Numbered from the whole stretch's first letter, positions 27,001-38,873 are shown. The stretch: DNA of 63,579 bases, filler included, from Octopus bimaculoides (GCF_001194135.2; 5 parts of 5 records of this genome joined end to end with filler, not necessarily neighbours in it), one strand, 5' to 3'. Made by a program: numbers and translations. Notes: generated from the letters alone by a model not told the origin.

Positions 27001-28300
27001 AGTGGGTCTATAATTCTTTTCTACTCTAGGCACAAGGCCCGAAATTCTGGGAAAGGACTAGTCGATTAGATCAACCCCAGTACGCAACTGGTACTTAATT
27101 TATCGACCCCGAAAGAGATGAAAGGCAAAGTCAACCTCGACGGAATTTGAACTCAGAACATAAAGACAGACGAAATACCGCTAAGCATTTCGCCCAGCGT
27201 GCTAACGTTTCTGCCAGCTCGCCGCCTTAACAGTGCGTCTATAATACAATTCCAATCCATCCCGAGTAGCAGTGATCGGAACGTTCCTAGGAAAGCCTAA
27301 AGATAACTGAAGAAATCTGGTTATCCTATCCCTGTCGGAGCATAGACACCATATCCGCTACTTTTCACGTCCAGAACCATAGCTTACAGTACAGGTTCAG
27401 GAAGATTTCTCGTGCCTTGGCATCTAAGGATTTCCGGTATAACATTGCCACCTCGTTGCATACCTGCATACTTTCACTAGAAATATGGGCCTGTGCCAAA
27501 GGAAGTGTAAAGATTGTGTTTATTTGTTTGCCACCTCGATGCCGTTGAGATTTTGTGGGGACAGTGGGAGAATTGTGACTTCGAATTGCAAATTGTGAAT
27601 GGTGAACTGTGACTACACATTCGAATAACTCTGCTTTCATTTTGAGGCAGTTGGTTTCTCACGACTTTTTCTTCTCTCTAACACAGACTTCTTTAGTTTG
27701 GTTTTTCGCCTAAACTTCGTCGCTTGGCGAGATTCCAGGGAGATCTGTAGTAGTTGAGGTGAAAGGTGATTCTAAAACTATGCGCGTATTTCTAATTTTC
27801 TGCGGTGAGTGCTGAAGGTATTACTGGGAAGTTTATTTGGAGATGAGTTCGATATCGTGATCTGCTATTGTTTTGGGGGTTATTTTTTGACGTAGCTGTT
27901 GTTCTTTTGTAGATTTTGTGGCAGTTACTGTTGCTGCGGCTGCTACTTCAGGTGTTGTTGATTCGGTTTTTGCGGCTGCTGTTGTTTATTTTGTTTCTGT
28001 TGCTGCTGTTGCAGGTTGTTGATGTTTCGTATGTAATGATGGTAGCAACACAATAAGTAGCTACTCAATAATCTCACTTCAGCTGAAACATTCAGTATTT
28101 GTCTAGTCGGGAGTTCTGTATAATCTGGAGTTTTGTCCTGATTATCTGGTTTGACTTGAATGCAATTCCCTACAAGTTTGCCCTGACACTTGAAGAGAAT
28201 CGGCTCCCACTAGAACAACGCATGCTATCACCCACCTGATGGTAGCATCACTCTCTTGTTTTGTTGCATTGAATGTTGTAGGATTATTCAGCGTCATTTT
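24030..28300 (-). mobile_element. Decayed near full-length Tx1/L1-clade non-LTR retrotransposon (ORF1 remnant, APE endonuclease, RT, C-terminal zinc finger, 3' UTR)
   Basis: Frameshifted minus-strand peptides: VYAPT..FF..FLGT..DWNCII (APE), GP.YWKL, CEKPIRADEI, VSREVVMLLRK, CAIPNRSIH, VNGHFLE..RIARSV, PDDVTII (YADD equivalent), DETVLH (zinc finger); 3' UTR ending in AATAAA near 24040; ATG after a poly-A run near 28287. Confidence 0.85.
27015..27229 (-). mobile_element. Young tRNA-derived SINE (family A) inserted in the Tx1-like LINE endonuclease region
   Basis: Head with A/B-box-like GGCGAGCTGGCAGAA..GTTCTGAGTTCAAATTCC; 16-bp TSD acagtgggtctataat (26999-27014) and acagtgcgtctataat (27230-27245), 15/16 identical. 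Confidence 0.9.
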
Positions 28301-28416
28301 TTTTTTTTTTTTTGTCNNNNNNNNNNNNNNNNNNNNNNNNNNNNNNNNNNNNNNNNNNNNTTAATTAATTAANNNNNNNNNNNNNNNNNNNNNNNNNNNN
28401 NNNNNNNNNNNNNNNN

Positions 28417-28700
28417 TGGCTGGACGAAGCTGTTGAAGTGGTCGCTGGCTATTTGTTGCTGCTGCTGTCGTGTGGTTCACGGAACAGTCTCTAAGAGAAA
28501 CTGGACCGAGACCAATTTGTTGGGTATGAGTTGATCTATTTATAGTGTTAAGGGGGCTCCCAGACGGTAGCACAAAAACACTATCACGTGACCTTATTAA
28601 GGGCTGTGATTGGTCAGTTTGCGTTCTGGCGGGAAAGGTTCGAAGAATTTGCCGCTTCAAATAATAATCAGTCACGTGATGACAAGGCTGGTGTTTTCCC
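28417..28700 (-). promoter_or_regulatory. Pol II-type promoter motif cluster: two TCACGTGA E-boxes, CCAAT box, TATA box
   Basis: GTCACGTGAT at 28671-28680, ATCACGTGAC at 28583-28592, CCAAT on minus at 28609-28613, TATAAATA on minus at 28537-28544, in canonical upstream-to-downstream order on the minus strand; CpG-rich. Confidence 0.55.
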
Positions 28701-29303
28701 CTACGTTCGCGTTTGTTTATATTTAAATGAGAAGAATGGCGATAGCAGTTTTGTATCTAGTGACGATAGGTAGTTTCACTACACAGTTGCCAAATTGTTT
28801 CTTGAGTTAATACAAGATTGCAGCATGAGTATTCCTTGCATATTGAAAAAAGAAGGTTTGAGTATCCAACAATGAAATGAAATCAAAACATTCTATCATT
28901 CATTATCATCATCATTTAACATCCATTTTCCATATTGGCATGGGTTGAGCAGTCTAACCAGAGCTGACAAGCTGGAGAGCTAGACCAGGATCCAGTCTAA
29001 TTTGACTTGGTTTCTATGGCTGCCCTTCCTAATGCCAACCACTTTACAAAGTGTGTTGAGCGCTTTTTATGTAGCACTTTTACAGGTGCTTTTTCTGTGG
29101 TACCAGCATGAGTGGGTGCCTGACAATTCATGGGCTGTTCCTAAGCGTTTGGTTGGTTGCCTTCACATTATTAGTCTGCTTAAAAAGAAAAGCTCAGAAC
29201 GATTCTACAGTAACATTACAAAAAAGTGAGAGTAACTGTTAACATGATTTTTAAAAATCCATTTCGTAAATTACAGGGATAAGAAATTATTGAAAAGAAT
29301 TAC

Positions 29304-29452
29304 CTTTCTTCTCGTTCAATGATACGAAGCACAGTGACAATAATAGTCGGCTCTTGCCTGACAGATATTAAGGCTCGTTGAAGTATAATCCACAATTGTT
29401 TGCCAAGTGCTTCAGAAAGTTTTTCAACTTCAGCAAAATAATGCTTTAAAGT
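29304..29452 (-). CDS. EXOC3: EXOC3 coding exon 7 (TLKHYFAEVEKLSEALGKQLWIILQRALISVRQEPTIIVTVLRIIEREE); gene incomplete downstream
   Basis: 149 nt, ttttag acceptor and GTAATT donor; matches [34 protein letters not shown]. Confidence 0.96.
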
Positions 29453-29814
29453 CTAAAATAAAACAGAATGGCAAAAATGAAACAGTTGTTTCGATACAGT
29501 AATTGAAGTAACTCTTAGACATATTGGCATAATAAAGGAAAACACATGAGAAGTTACATCATGTTTCAAACAACTGATATCAGCAAATCAAAGTGAGAGG
29601 TAATGTTCATATTAATTTTACAGAGAGAGAAAGAGAGAGATGTTTAACACTTCAACTACTAGCATATTATCAACAATGCAATAGCATGCAGAATATTAAT
29701 ATTTTAAATTCAGAAACATTCTAACTGATTGAGTTCTTGTAAAAGATTGCTGTTAATAAACATAAGCTTAACTTTTACACGTTAACCATTTCATATTTAG
29801 TCAAAACAAAGTTA

Positions 29815-29983
29815 GGCGCAGGCATGACTGTGTGGTAAGACGTTTGCTTGTCAACCGCATGGTCTGGAGTTCAGTTCCATTAAGTGGACAAGTATCTTTT
29901 ACTATAGCCTTGGGTTAACCAAAATCTTGTGAGTAGAGATTTGGTCAGTGGAAAGTGAGATAAGCTAATTGTGTGTATATGTA

Positions 29984-30046
<63 letters not shown>

Positions 30047-30230
30047 CAACCCATGCTAGCATGGAAAGCGGACGTTAAACGATATATATATATAAACACA
30101 CACACACACGTTTGTATGTGCTTGTGTCTGTCCCCACTTCATTGCTTGACAACCAGTGTTGGTTTGTTTACAGTCCTGTAACTTAGCAGTTTGGCAAAAG
30201 AAACTGATAGAATAAATGCCAGACTTAGAA
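29815..30230 (+). mobile_element. tRNA-derived SINE (family B: head, internal microsatellite, tail). Other copies or parts near 47385-47760 (-), 47915-48075 (-), 56925-57480 (-), 15160-15370 (-), 52820-53030 (-), 56120-56330 (+), 37760-37880 (-), 59820-59880 (+)
   Basis: ggcgcaggcatgactgtgtggtaag..ggagttcagttcca head and a recurrent tail (cttgacaacc..ggcaaaag..gataga) seen repeatedly in both orientations. Confidence 0.8.
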
Positions 30231-30308
30231 AAAGAAACAAACTAAAATGAAACTTTTAAAAATAATTTAGGTTATCTCAAAATCATAATATTCCAAAAAG
30301 TTTCTTAC

Positions 30309-30390
30309 ATTTTTGTCAGTGGGACTTTGTTGAGGCTGTCGGTGAAGTTCCAGAAGTAAATCATCTCGAGACATTTCCAGGTCCATTAAA
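30309..30390 (-). CDS. EXOC3: EXOC3 coding exon 6 ((Y)LMDLEMSRDDLLLELHRQPQQSPTDKN)
   Basis: 82 nt, ttgtag acceptor and GTAAG donor, phase consistent; matches LMDLECSRDGL. Confidence 0.95.
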
Positions 30391-30489
30391 CTACAAAGTA
30401 AAAATAACATAATCAATAAACTTAATAATACTAAAAGTGATACAAGAATTATAAAAGATACTACTACTACTACTACTTAATAATAATAA

Positions 30490-30919
30490 TCCTTTCTACT
30501 ATAGGCACAAGGCCTGAAATTCTGAGGAGGCGACTAATTGATTACATCAACCCCAGTGTTTCACTGGTACTTAATTTATCGATCCGGAAAGGATGAAAGG
30601 CAAAGTTGACCTCAGCGGAATATGAACACAGAATGTAAAGACGGACGAAATGCTGCTAAGCATTTTGCTGGCATGCTAATGATTCTGCCAGTTCGCCATG
30701 TTAATAATAGTAATAATCCTTTCTACGATAGGCACAAGGCCTGGAATTTGTGTGGAGGTGGGGATAGTTGATTACATCAACCCCAGTACTTGACTGAGAC
30801 TTAATTCATCGATGAAAGGCAAGTCAACCTCGGCCGAATTTGAACACAGAATATAGCGGCAGATAAAATACCGCTAGGCATTTTGCCTGGCAGGCTAACG
30901 ATTCTGCCAGCTCACTGCC

Positions 30920-30920
<1 letters not shown>
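30490..30920 (-). mobile_element. Two head-to-tail family A SINE copies. Further copies near 4000-4130, 5220-5400, 14040-14180, 15840-16230 (two), 20280-20570, 23740-24005 (two), 35655-35780, 49790-50150, 51725-51940, 59500-59735
   Basis: Recurrent ctttctactataggcacaaggcctgaaatt..ccccagt..ctggtactta..gaaaggcaaagtcgacctcggcggaatttgaactcagaa..ctgccag sequence. Confidence 0.85.
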
Positions 30921-30953
<33 letters not shown>

Positions 30954-31772
30954 ACCAATTTTTCCATTAGTTGGTAATTATAATTGTTATTATTATAAAG
31001 CAGTGGAAATTCAAACTTCACAGAGATATTAAGTTGTGTCTGTTTATGTGCTGAGTTTAACTTTATCTTCTGGGGTTGAAAAAAACAAGTACCACTCAAG
31101 CATGACTGTTAATATGACCAACTACTTTTGTTCAGTCCCCCAAAATAAGTAGCCTTATGCTTATGTTAGAAATCATCATCATCATCATCATCATCATCGT
31201 TTAACGTCCGCTTTCCATGCTAGCATGGGTTGGACGATTTGACTGAGGACTGGTGAAACAGTAGAATGCTGGGCTCAATGCATTGTGGTATTTCATAACA
31301 AACCTTTATATTCTGAGTTGGAGTTGACTTTATCTTTCATCCCTTTGAAGTCAATAAATAATGTATCAATCACATACTTGGGCTAATTCAACCAATTATA
31401 ATCATCCCCTTAAGTTAGAAATAAGTTGATATTATTACTATTATTATGACTGTTATAATGATGATGATGATGATGATGGCGATGATAAAAATATATCATC
31501 ATCACCACCACCATCATCATCTCTGATGCACTGTCAAAAACAGAGTATTTTGATTCACTTGCACCACATAGTTGTCAATAACATTTTAAAATTTTCATCC
31601 AGTCAAAACAGAGTTCTGTTTTTTTATTGCCAGCATATGATAAAATCATGCAAACTATATATATGAGTCAACAAGAGAGATTCCATATGGTCACTTGATC
31701 TGCTAAATCAAATGACTACAAAAACAGATAAATATCCTTCAAAATCCTTCAAATCACATGCAACCATCTTAA

Positions 31773-31991
31773 CCCTTTTGATACCAACCCACCTGAAACC
31801 ATCTCTGGCTCTGTAGTACAAATGTTTTGTTTTCAAAAGTTCTGAATTAAAATCTTCCACCAAACCTTAGTCACTATGTTCCTAACACTAGCTTAATGAT
31901 AACTTAATTTTTTTTACTAAATTCTTTGTTATATTTAAAATTGATAGAAAGAAACACAGAGCATCTCAACTGAAATATGGTAACAAAAGGG
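31773..31991. mobile_element. TTAA-targeting MITE (piggyBac/Kolobok-type)
   Basis: TTAA-CCCTTTTGATACCA .. TGGTAACAAAAGGG-TTAA: 14-bp TIR with 1 mismatch, TTAA TSD. Confidence 0.88.
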
Positions 31992-32635
31992 TTAAAAAAC
32001 GAAGGACATGTTATAATGTAATCTTAGATATTGCAAAACTTATGTCATAGGTCAGATTCTTCAAGGCTGATCAAGGGCTATCAATAATTAAACCTAATAA
32101 TTATAATATCAGCAGAAATAATTGGCAGTATTCGCATATAAATATATAATTTAGGAAATAAATCTGAACTACACAAAAGTTTGTCTTTTTTTAAATAAGG
32201 AAAAAAAAATAAGAGTTTAATTAGAAGCTGAAATGTTCTTTGAGAACTTAATACACAACTTCACTTCATAAAACACTGCATCTCACTGAAAATTTTCCCT
32301 AAGAATATTTACAGGACAGTCAATATCGACTTACAACCTCACAAACTAGATACAGTGGAATCGTGTCAGGAACCAGGTCACATTTGGTGTGATGAAAATT
32401 TTGACACCAAATAATAAATGTTTAAGTTAAGTGAACAGTTTCTGTGTGTTTCTGAATGGTTCATATATGCCTTCCATGCTGTAATCATTTTAGCTTCAAC
32501 ACATGGTCTCAGATCAGATTACCTGTCAGGTACATCTCTAAAACTTCAACAAACTGTCTTAAGTATAGCTTTGGTTTCTTGATTTAACTAGAGAACAATC
32601 AATTAATTAATACGAAAATAGATTTTGCTACATAC

Positions 32636-32742
32636 TATTTGTGTGCTTGAAGCAGCTTGCTTTCATTTATTAATTCTTGTGTCTTTCTTACAGTTTCTGG
32701 AACTTGAAATATGTGTTTCAAATTTTCAACTGCGGCATCCAG
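32636..32742 (-). CDS. EXOC3: EXOC3 coding exon 5 (LDAAVENLKHIFQVPETVRKTQELINESKLLQAHK)
   Basis: 107 nt, ttgtag acceptor and GTATGT donor; matches [34 protein letters not shown]. Confidence 0.96.
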
Positions 32743-34223
32743 CTACAAATAAAATACATATCATTAGTGAGTGTACAATATGATAAAGTATAGGTGTACA
32801 AATGATTATTTATTTGTGTATATTACAATTTAATGGTATACTATACAAGATGAGAATTTATTTGTGCACAGTTTATCGGAGTATAAGATGATTTATATAA
32901 TTTAGTTGAATTAAATATGGTTATTTTTTTTTCACAGCCTAAAATATACCAACCCTGATCAATTGTTGACTCTTTGTGCAAATTATACTATATGTTATAT
33001 TATATGTTTTTACATATATATTGTTGTTCATTTGCTTAACAACTGTTTTTTTCCCCATGACAGCCTGGTTTAGACAAGGTGTTATTTGATGCAGGATTTT
33101 ACAGCTGGATGCTTTCCTTTTACCTGCCTTCACTTGTTTTCAGATGAGAGATTTTTATATTCTAGAAGTCTTTGAAAGCACAGTGAGCAGACAGACTGTC
33201 ATCAAGGAATGACAGCATCAGTACCATTTTCCTCAAATGGTGACAAGCAATATATCAACATACATGCACATTCACATGCATAAATACAATGTACACTACA
33301 TGCTTAATAAGTTTCATCATTATCATCGCTGTCGTCGTTTAACGTCCACTTTCCATGCTAGCATGAGTTGGGTGGTTTGACTGAGGACTGGTGAACCAGA
33401 AGGCTGCACCAGGCTCAATCTGATCTGACAAAGTTTCATGATTAATTCAAACAACGTGAATAAATAGGCATTACATTTGATAAAGTAATCTGAATACTAA
33501 ATGGATCAATGCCTATTACTGAACACATTTTTCAGAAATTGCACTACAGAAGTTCAATTATAATTTACTATAACTTAAATCAAACAGATTAAAAATGTTG
33601 TCATAAACATTCATGCTATATATATAAATATCTACAGCTGGATGCCCTTCCTAATGCCAACCACTCCGATAGTGTAGTGGGGACTATTATGTGCCAACGG
33701 CACGAGGGCCAGTCAGGCGGCTCTGGCAACGACCACGCTCAAAAGGTGGACCAAATTCTTCACAAGGTATTACAATAGAAGACACCTACCCAAATGCTGC
33801 ACAGTATAGAGAGTGTATATTAGACAGACATAAATCACTAACATAAAAACTCTTGCACAATCACTCAAAACTTGATTTAACAATTAAATTTCCTTTATCA
33901 AACCTGAAAATACTTCAAAATATTTTTAACAGAAAAGACTGTACATGGTTACTTAAACTGGTAGAAATGTCACCCAAATTTCCCTCAATAACATTGATAT
34001 TGTAGTCCTACATTTGACATGTTTAAGAGAAGGCTGAGACAGTCATGATTGGGCTAAACAACAACAATCAATCAATGAAGTTTGAAACAGACCAACACAC
34101 AAGACCTCCTATCCTTGACCAGTCTCTAACAATTGTATGAGATGGAAATTAAACATAAGGAGAGGGGTGAAAGAGAGAGAGAAAGAATGAAAGTGTGAGA
34201 CTTCATAGCTAAGATATACAAAC

Positions 34224-34314
34224 CTGGCAGAAGTTAGCATTTTCTTCTTGCACTTTGCTCAAACTTTCATGTAAGGAAGCAATGGACTTGTAAGATTCAT
34301 CGATGGCATCCATG
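34224..34314 (-). CDS. EXOC3: EXOC3 coding exon 4 ((S)MDAIDESYKSIASLHESLSKVQEENANFCQ)
   Basis: 91 nt, ataccag acceptor and GTTTGT donor; phase 2 in, phase 0 out, exactly bridging exons 3 and 5; coiled-coil-like composition expected at this position. Confidence 0.88.
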
Positions 34315-36189
34315 CTGGTATAAAAGAAGGTAAAGAATTAAGCATTTTATTTCAGTATCTTGTTACCAGTGTTACAACTCATCAATTCTTCATCTACAAT
34401 AGAAAAGTAATTCATCATTACTGTTTTACAACCACTGATTCTATATACAAATTGACATTTGCATTTTTGGTTGGACCCAGTTCTTCTCATAGATGGATAT
34501 CCAAAATTATATAGATTGATAACATCATCATCATCATCTAACATCCATGTTCGAGGCTGGCATGTTAGTTTGACAAGATCCAATGAGCCCTAGAGCTGCA
34601 TCATGCTCCAGTATCTGCTTTGGAATGGTTTCTCTAGCTGGGTGCCCTTCCTAATGTCAGCCACTTTACAGTGTGTACTGGATGCAGTGTTTATGCCACC
34701 AATACTAAATGAGTTCACCATGCAGCTTGCAAGTCTACATAACCAGAGGAAGTAAGGGGACACATCTCTATGGAAGGTAGAGGTTAAGGTACAATAGAAT
34801 GGGTTGAAGTAAAATAGGTTCTTGTTGTAGAGGAGCTACATGGCTACTCATATTTAGGGGAGAATGAGAATGAACCAGTGGTATCTCCAAAGAGTTAAAT
34901 AGTAGTGATAATATCCTTTATCTAGAACTCTAAAACTTTCACAGATTGAATGTTTTCTGTGTGAGAGAAGTACCACATACAAGATTCCAAAAAATGCTGA
35001 AAAGATTCCCAAGCAATGTACAGCTATTGCTAGTCAGGTGTTGAGTTTGTCAGTTGTTGGGAGTGGTCTCATCAGCCAAGGCACCAATCTATTGTCAGTA
35101 ATTATCATTTCAACACTTTCATTTGTGAATCACTTATGATGTATTCTGGACTCAAGAATGTCTGAAAGGTCTTTAGATATATCTATCAGTAATATTGAAC
35201 AGAAAGAGAGGAAGTATTTGTTTATCAATACCACAGAAAAATTTGACAGTGGTGAAAGCATGAAGCATCTGAGTGAGAAGTCTGGCACTGGAGCAATCAC
35301 TATATACAGCTTTAAATATCAGAACATTAAACTATTGCAGCAAATGATGACCTGAAGTTTTTATAAAATAGAAACAAAACAGCATAGAGCAAGAAATGAA
35401 AAGCTGGATCATGTGTTGATTGAATAGACATGTCTAGCTCTAGAGTGAACATATGTCATTCAACTGACTGATGATCATGAAACAGGTAAAACTCTATGAA
35501 GTGAATACTGAAGGCAAATGCAAACATTCACAAGGCTGGGAAGAAAATTTTTTTAACAAGTCATGACATAAGATATTTAAAGAGTTGTAGTGATATGGTA
35601 CCTGGTGATCACAAAAAGCTGAAAAATTCAGTGATGTTTACAAAGATCACGACTAATAAAAACAGCAGAATCATTTGCCTGCTGGACAAAATGCTTAGAG
35701 GTATTTCATCAGTCTTTACATTCTGAGTTCAAATTCCACCATGGTTGTCTTTTCTTTTCATCTTTTCAGGGTCAATAAAACAGTATACTTTTGCTGAGAT
35801 GTACAAGCATTCATAAGGATAAACTTGCAATGGTAGGGAAAAGCCTGCATCTTCACTGTTTTAAAAGTATGAATACATTACAAAACATTTTTGCACTAAC
35901 AAAAGGATAACCATCACTAGGGACAGATTTATCTCTTTTGTTTATTTTTAGTATAGTATTCAAAGGAAAAATTATTACATCTAAACACTATATTGCATGC
36001 AATGTCAAGAGATGGACTGTTGACATTTTGGCCTGTTGGCTGAAGCAGTAGAGGAAAAAGAATATGAATAATTGATCTTCCAATCAGTTGTGGTTCCAGA
36101 AGCCAAAAAACAGATTTTGCAGATTTATACTGTCATAAAATGGTATTGGAAAAGGTTTAGAAATGTTGAAATTGTTTTAAGCAGCTCAC

Positions 36190-36302
36190 CTTTGCTTTAT
36201 CTCATAGACATCTTGCAGTGCACTCTGTAGCTGATTTAAGCCAGTCCTTACTCCATCAAGTTGTGACTGTACAGCTGTTTTCAGCATTGCTTCTACTGAA
36301 GC
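36190..36302 (-). CDS. EXOC3: EXOC3 coding exon 3 ([37 protein letters not shown])
   Basis: 113 nt, atttag acceptor and GTGAG donor; matches [25 protein letters not shown]. Confidence 0.96.
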
Positions 36303-36921
36303 CTAAATAAAAACAAAGAATAATTTAAACCCAGTGTAATAGATGCAGTGATCATCATCATCATTGTTATTATCATTATTTATAGGGTTACAATAGTTTT
36401 CCAATACTTGAATGGATGAGATGTTTATTTGCTAGAATAATGGAATAATCAGTGTTAGGTGCCTTCTGAACGTATGACGATGTGCTGAGTACTCCCACAT
36501 CTTAGCCTCAAAGACATTTTATACAATTTTTTAAAGATAAAAATTTCAATTTTACTTTGATCTTCTGTTTTTTTATTGGATTCAATTGTCAAGTCATTTG
36601 TAGTCTATGTTAGACAACTTCACAAGAGTTTCTCATAGCTATTCATAATGAGGCAAACTGAGTGATTGAGAATGAAATATTTCTGCTCAGAAGACAAAAC
36701 TGACCAGCTGCAGCTGGACTGGAGCTAGAATATATACCATTGCAATAGAATAAGGACCATTGCAAATCATTATGGTTTTGGTCACCAATAATATCTATTC
36801 ACAGCCACATGCAATAAAGCACTCACAGTCAAGGGATGAATTGTTAATATTTTGCTCAGCTGGAACTGTGAATGTAATATAAAATTCAGTTTACTTGAAA
36901 AACAAGAAAAATTATAGATAC

Positions 36922-36978
36922 CTTTTTGCGTGCAACACGTCTCTTATATTGATCAACTTTTTCCAGCTGGTCAGGTCT
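36922..36978 (-). CDS. EXOC3: EXOC3 coding exon 2 (RPDQLEKVDQYKRRVARKK)
   Basis: 57 nt, tttcag acceptor and GTATCT donor, phase 0/0; matches vertebrate RPDQLDKVEQYRRREARKK from memory. Confidence 0.96.
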
Positions 36979-37438
36979 CTGAAACATAAGATAGACAATA
37001 AAATAATATAAATAGATTAAGTAATGTTCAAATAAGAAGTTTCCCCACATCTTTAATTTTAAACACATAATCATCATCATCATCATCACATTGCAGGGTT
37101 TTGTGGCGAGAGAGTCATTGATACTACTGGGGGATTGGAAGAATGGACGAGCCGAACTCTTATAAAGAGTAGTGGTTGGTAGTAGTCAGTGAACATATGG
37201 TAGTCTTGCGAAATACGTCATGTGAACACATTGATTTAACCTCTGCTGCATAATTTATCTATACCAACCTGTGGCAGGATATAAAACAAGGTCAAGACAA
37301 ATTTTCTACAGCTGGATGCCCTTCCTGTCACCAACTCTTACTTGCTTCCAAGCAAGGAAATACATCCCTCTGGTCCTTTGAACATGACCAGAACAATGGC
37401 TAGGTAGGTTTTCAGGGAAGATTGCAAATGAAGGACAC

Positions 37439-37605
37439 CACTTGTATGTGGGGACATTCATTGACAACTATTGCACAATGTTAAGATGAGTGCATGTATG
37501 AGCACACACACATGCATGTGCACTTGTATGTGGGGACATTCATTGACAACTATTGCACAATGTTAAGATGAGTGCATGTATGAGCACACACACATGCATG
37601 TGCAC
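37439..37605. repeat. Perfect 82-bp tandem duplication
   Basis: cacttgtatgtggggacattc..catgcatgtg starts at 37439 and 37521. Confidence 0.95.
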
Positions 37606-38873
37606 ATGTGAATGTATGTATGCATGACGGAATTAAGAAAGGCATCCAACCATAGAACTATACTAAAACAGGCAATGGAACCTAGAGTGGCTCCTAGCCT
37701 TACCAGCTTCTGTCAAACTGCTCAACCTATGCTAGAATGGAAAACAGACACTGAATAATAATGATGATGGGCTCTTTTCAGTTTATGTCAACCAGATCCA
37801 CTTACAAGGGTTTGATTGGCCTGACACTTTTGTAGCAAGCACTTGCCCAAAGTGCCACTCAGTGGGACAGAACCTAGAGCCATCTCAGTGGGAGGGCTTC
37901 CATAGGTCAGGTTTGATCATGAATCAGCATCTGTATGAGTTGATGTAAGCAAGGATTTTGTGGAAGACTACCAGTTGCCCATTTATACAAATCTCCTCTC
38001 TCCAAGCTACAAGTGTTATCCAAACCACTGGTCCAGGGTTGATACAGCCTGGCACCAGTGTCATCAGAAACATGGCTGTTAGAATGCAAATGGGTATCTC
38101 ATTCAACACTGTAACATCATTATCATAATTTAACATCTGCTTTCCTAGCTAGCATGGGCCAGGTGGTTTGACAGGAACTGGCAAGCCAGAGAGCTGCACC
38201 AGACTCCAATTATCTGTTTTGGCATGATTTCCTAACTATCATTTACACATTGCAATGCTTCAAATAAATTACAATACACTTAAACTAATGTTTGATTTTT
38301 CTTTTCTTAGAAGAAAATCTGGATTTTGCCTCAAAACATTCACTTCACTTGAAAACTTCAAAACTGCATGAATTTTACACAGGCTCAGGAACAGTGGGTA
38401 CAAGCACACCCACTAAAATGTTTGGGTGGGGCAATGAAAATGCTTTGAACATCCTGGGTTGGATGTGGGTTTGCACCCATTAAGCAAATTTTGTTCCTGC
38501 ACTTATGGAATTTTATAATCATCATCATTATCATCATCACCACCACCACCGTCATCATCATCATTATCAACATTTAATGTCCATTTTCCATGCTGATATG
38601 AGTTGGATGGTTTGACAGGATTTGGCAAGTCACAGGGTTGTGTTGAATTCTAATGTTAGCTTTGGCATAGTTTCTATGGTTAGATGCCCTTCCCAATGAC
38701 AATCACTTTACACACTTTACAATGTGAATATATATTACAACTAAATAAAAAAAATAATAGGAAGAAATGTGCAAAATGGATGTTTCAAAATAAGTAATTT
38801 TGGTTAATTAAATTATATAGAAAATATTTTTTTTTAATAAAAAATTTTATTAAAAAAGCACACAATTAATTAC

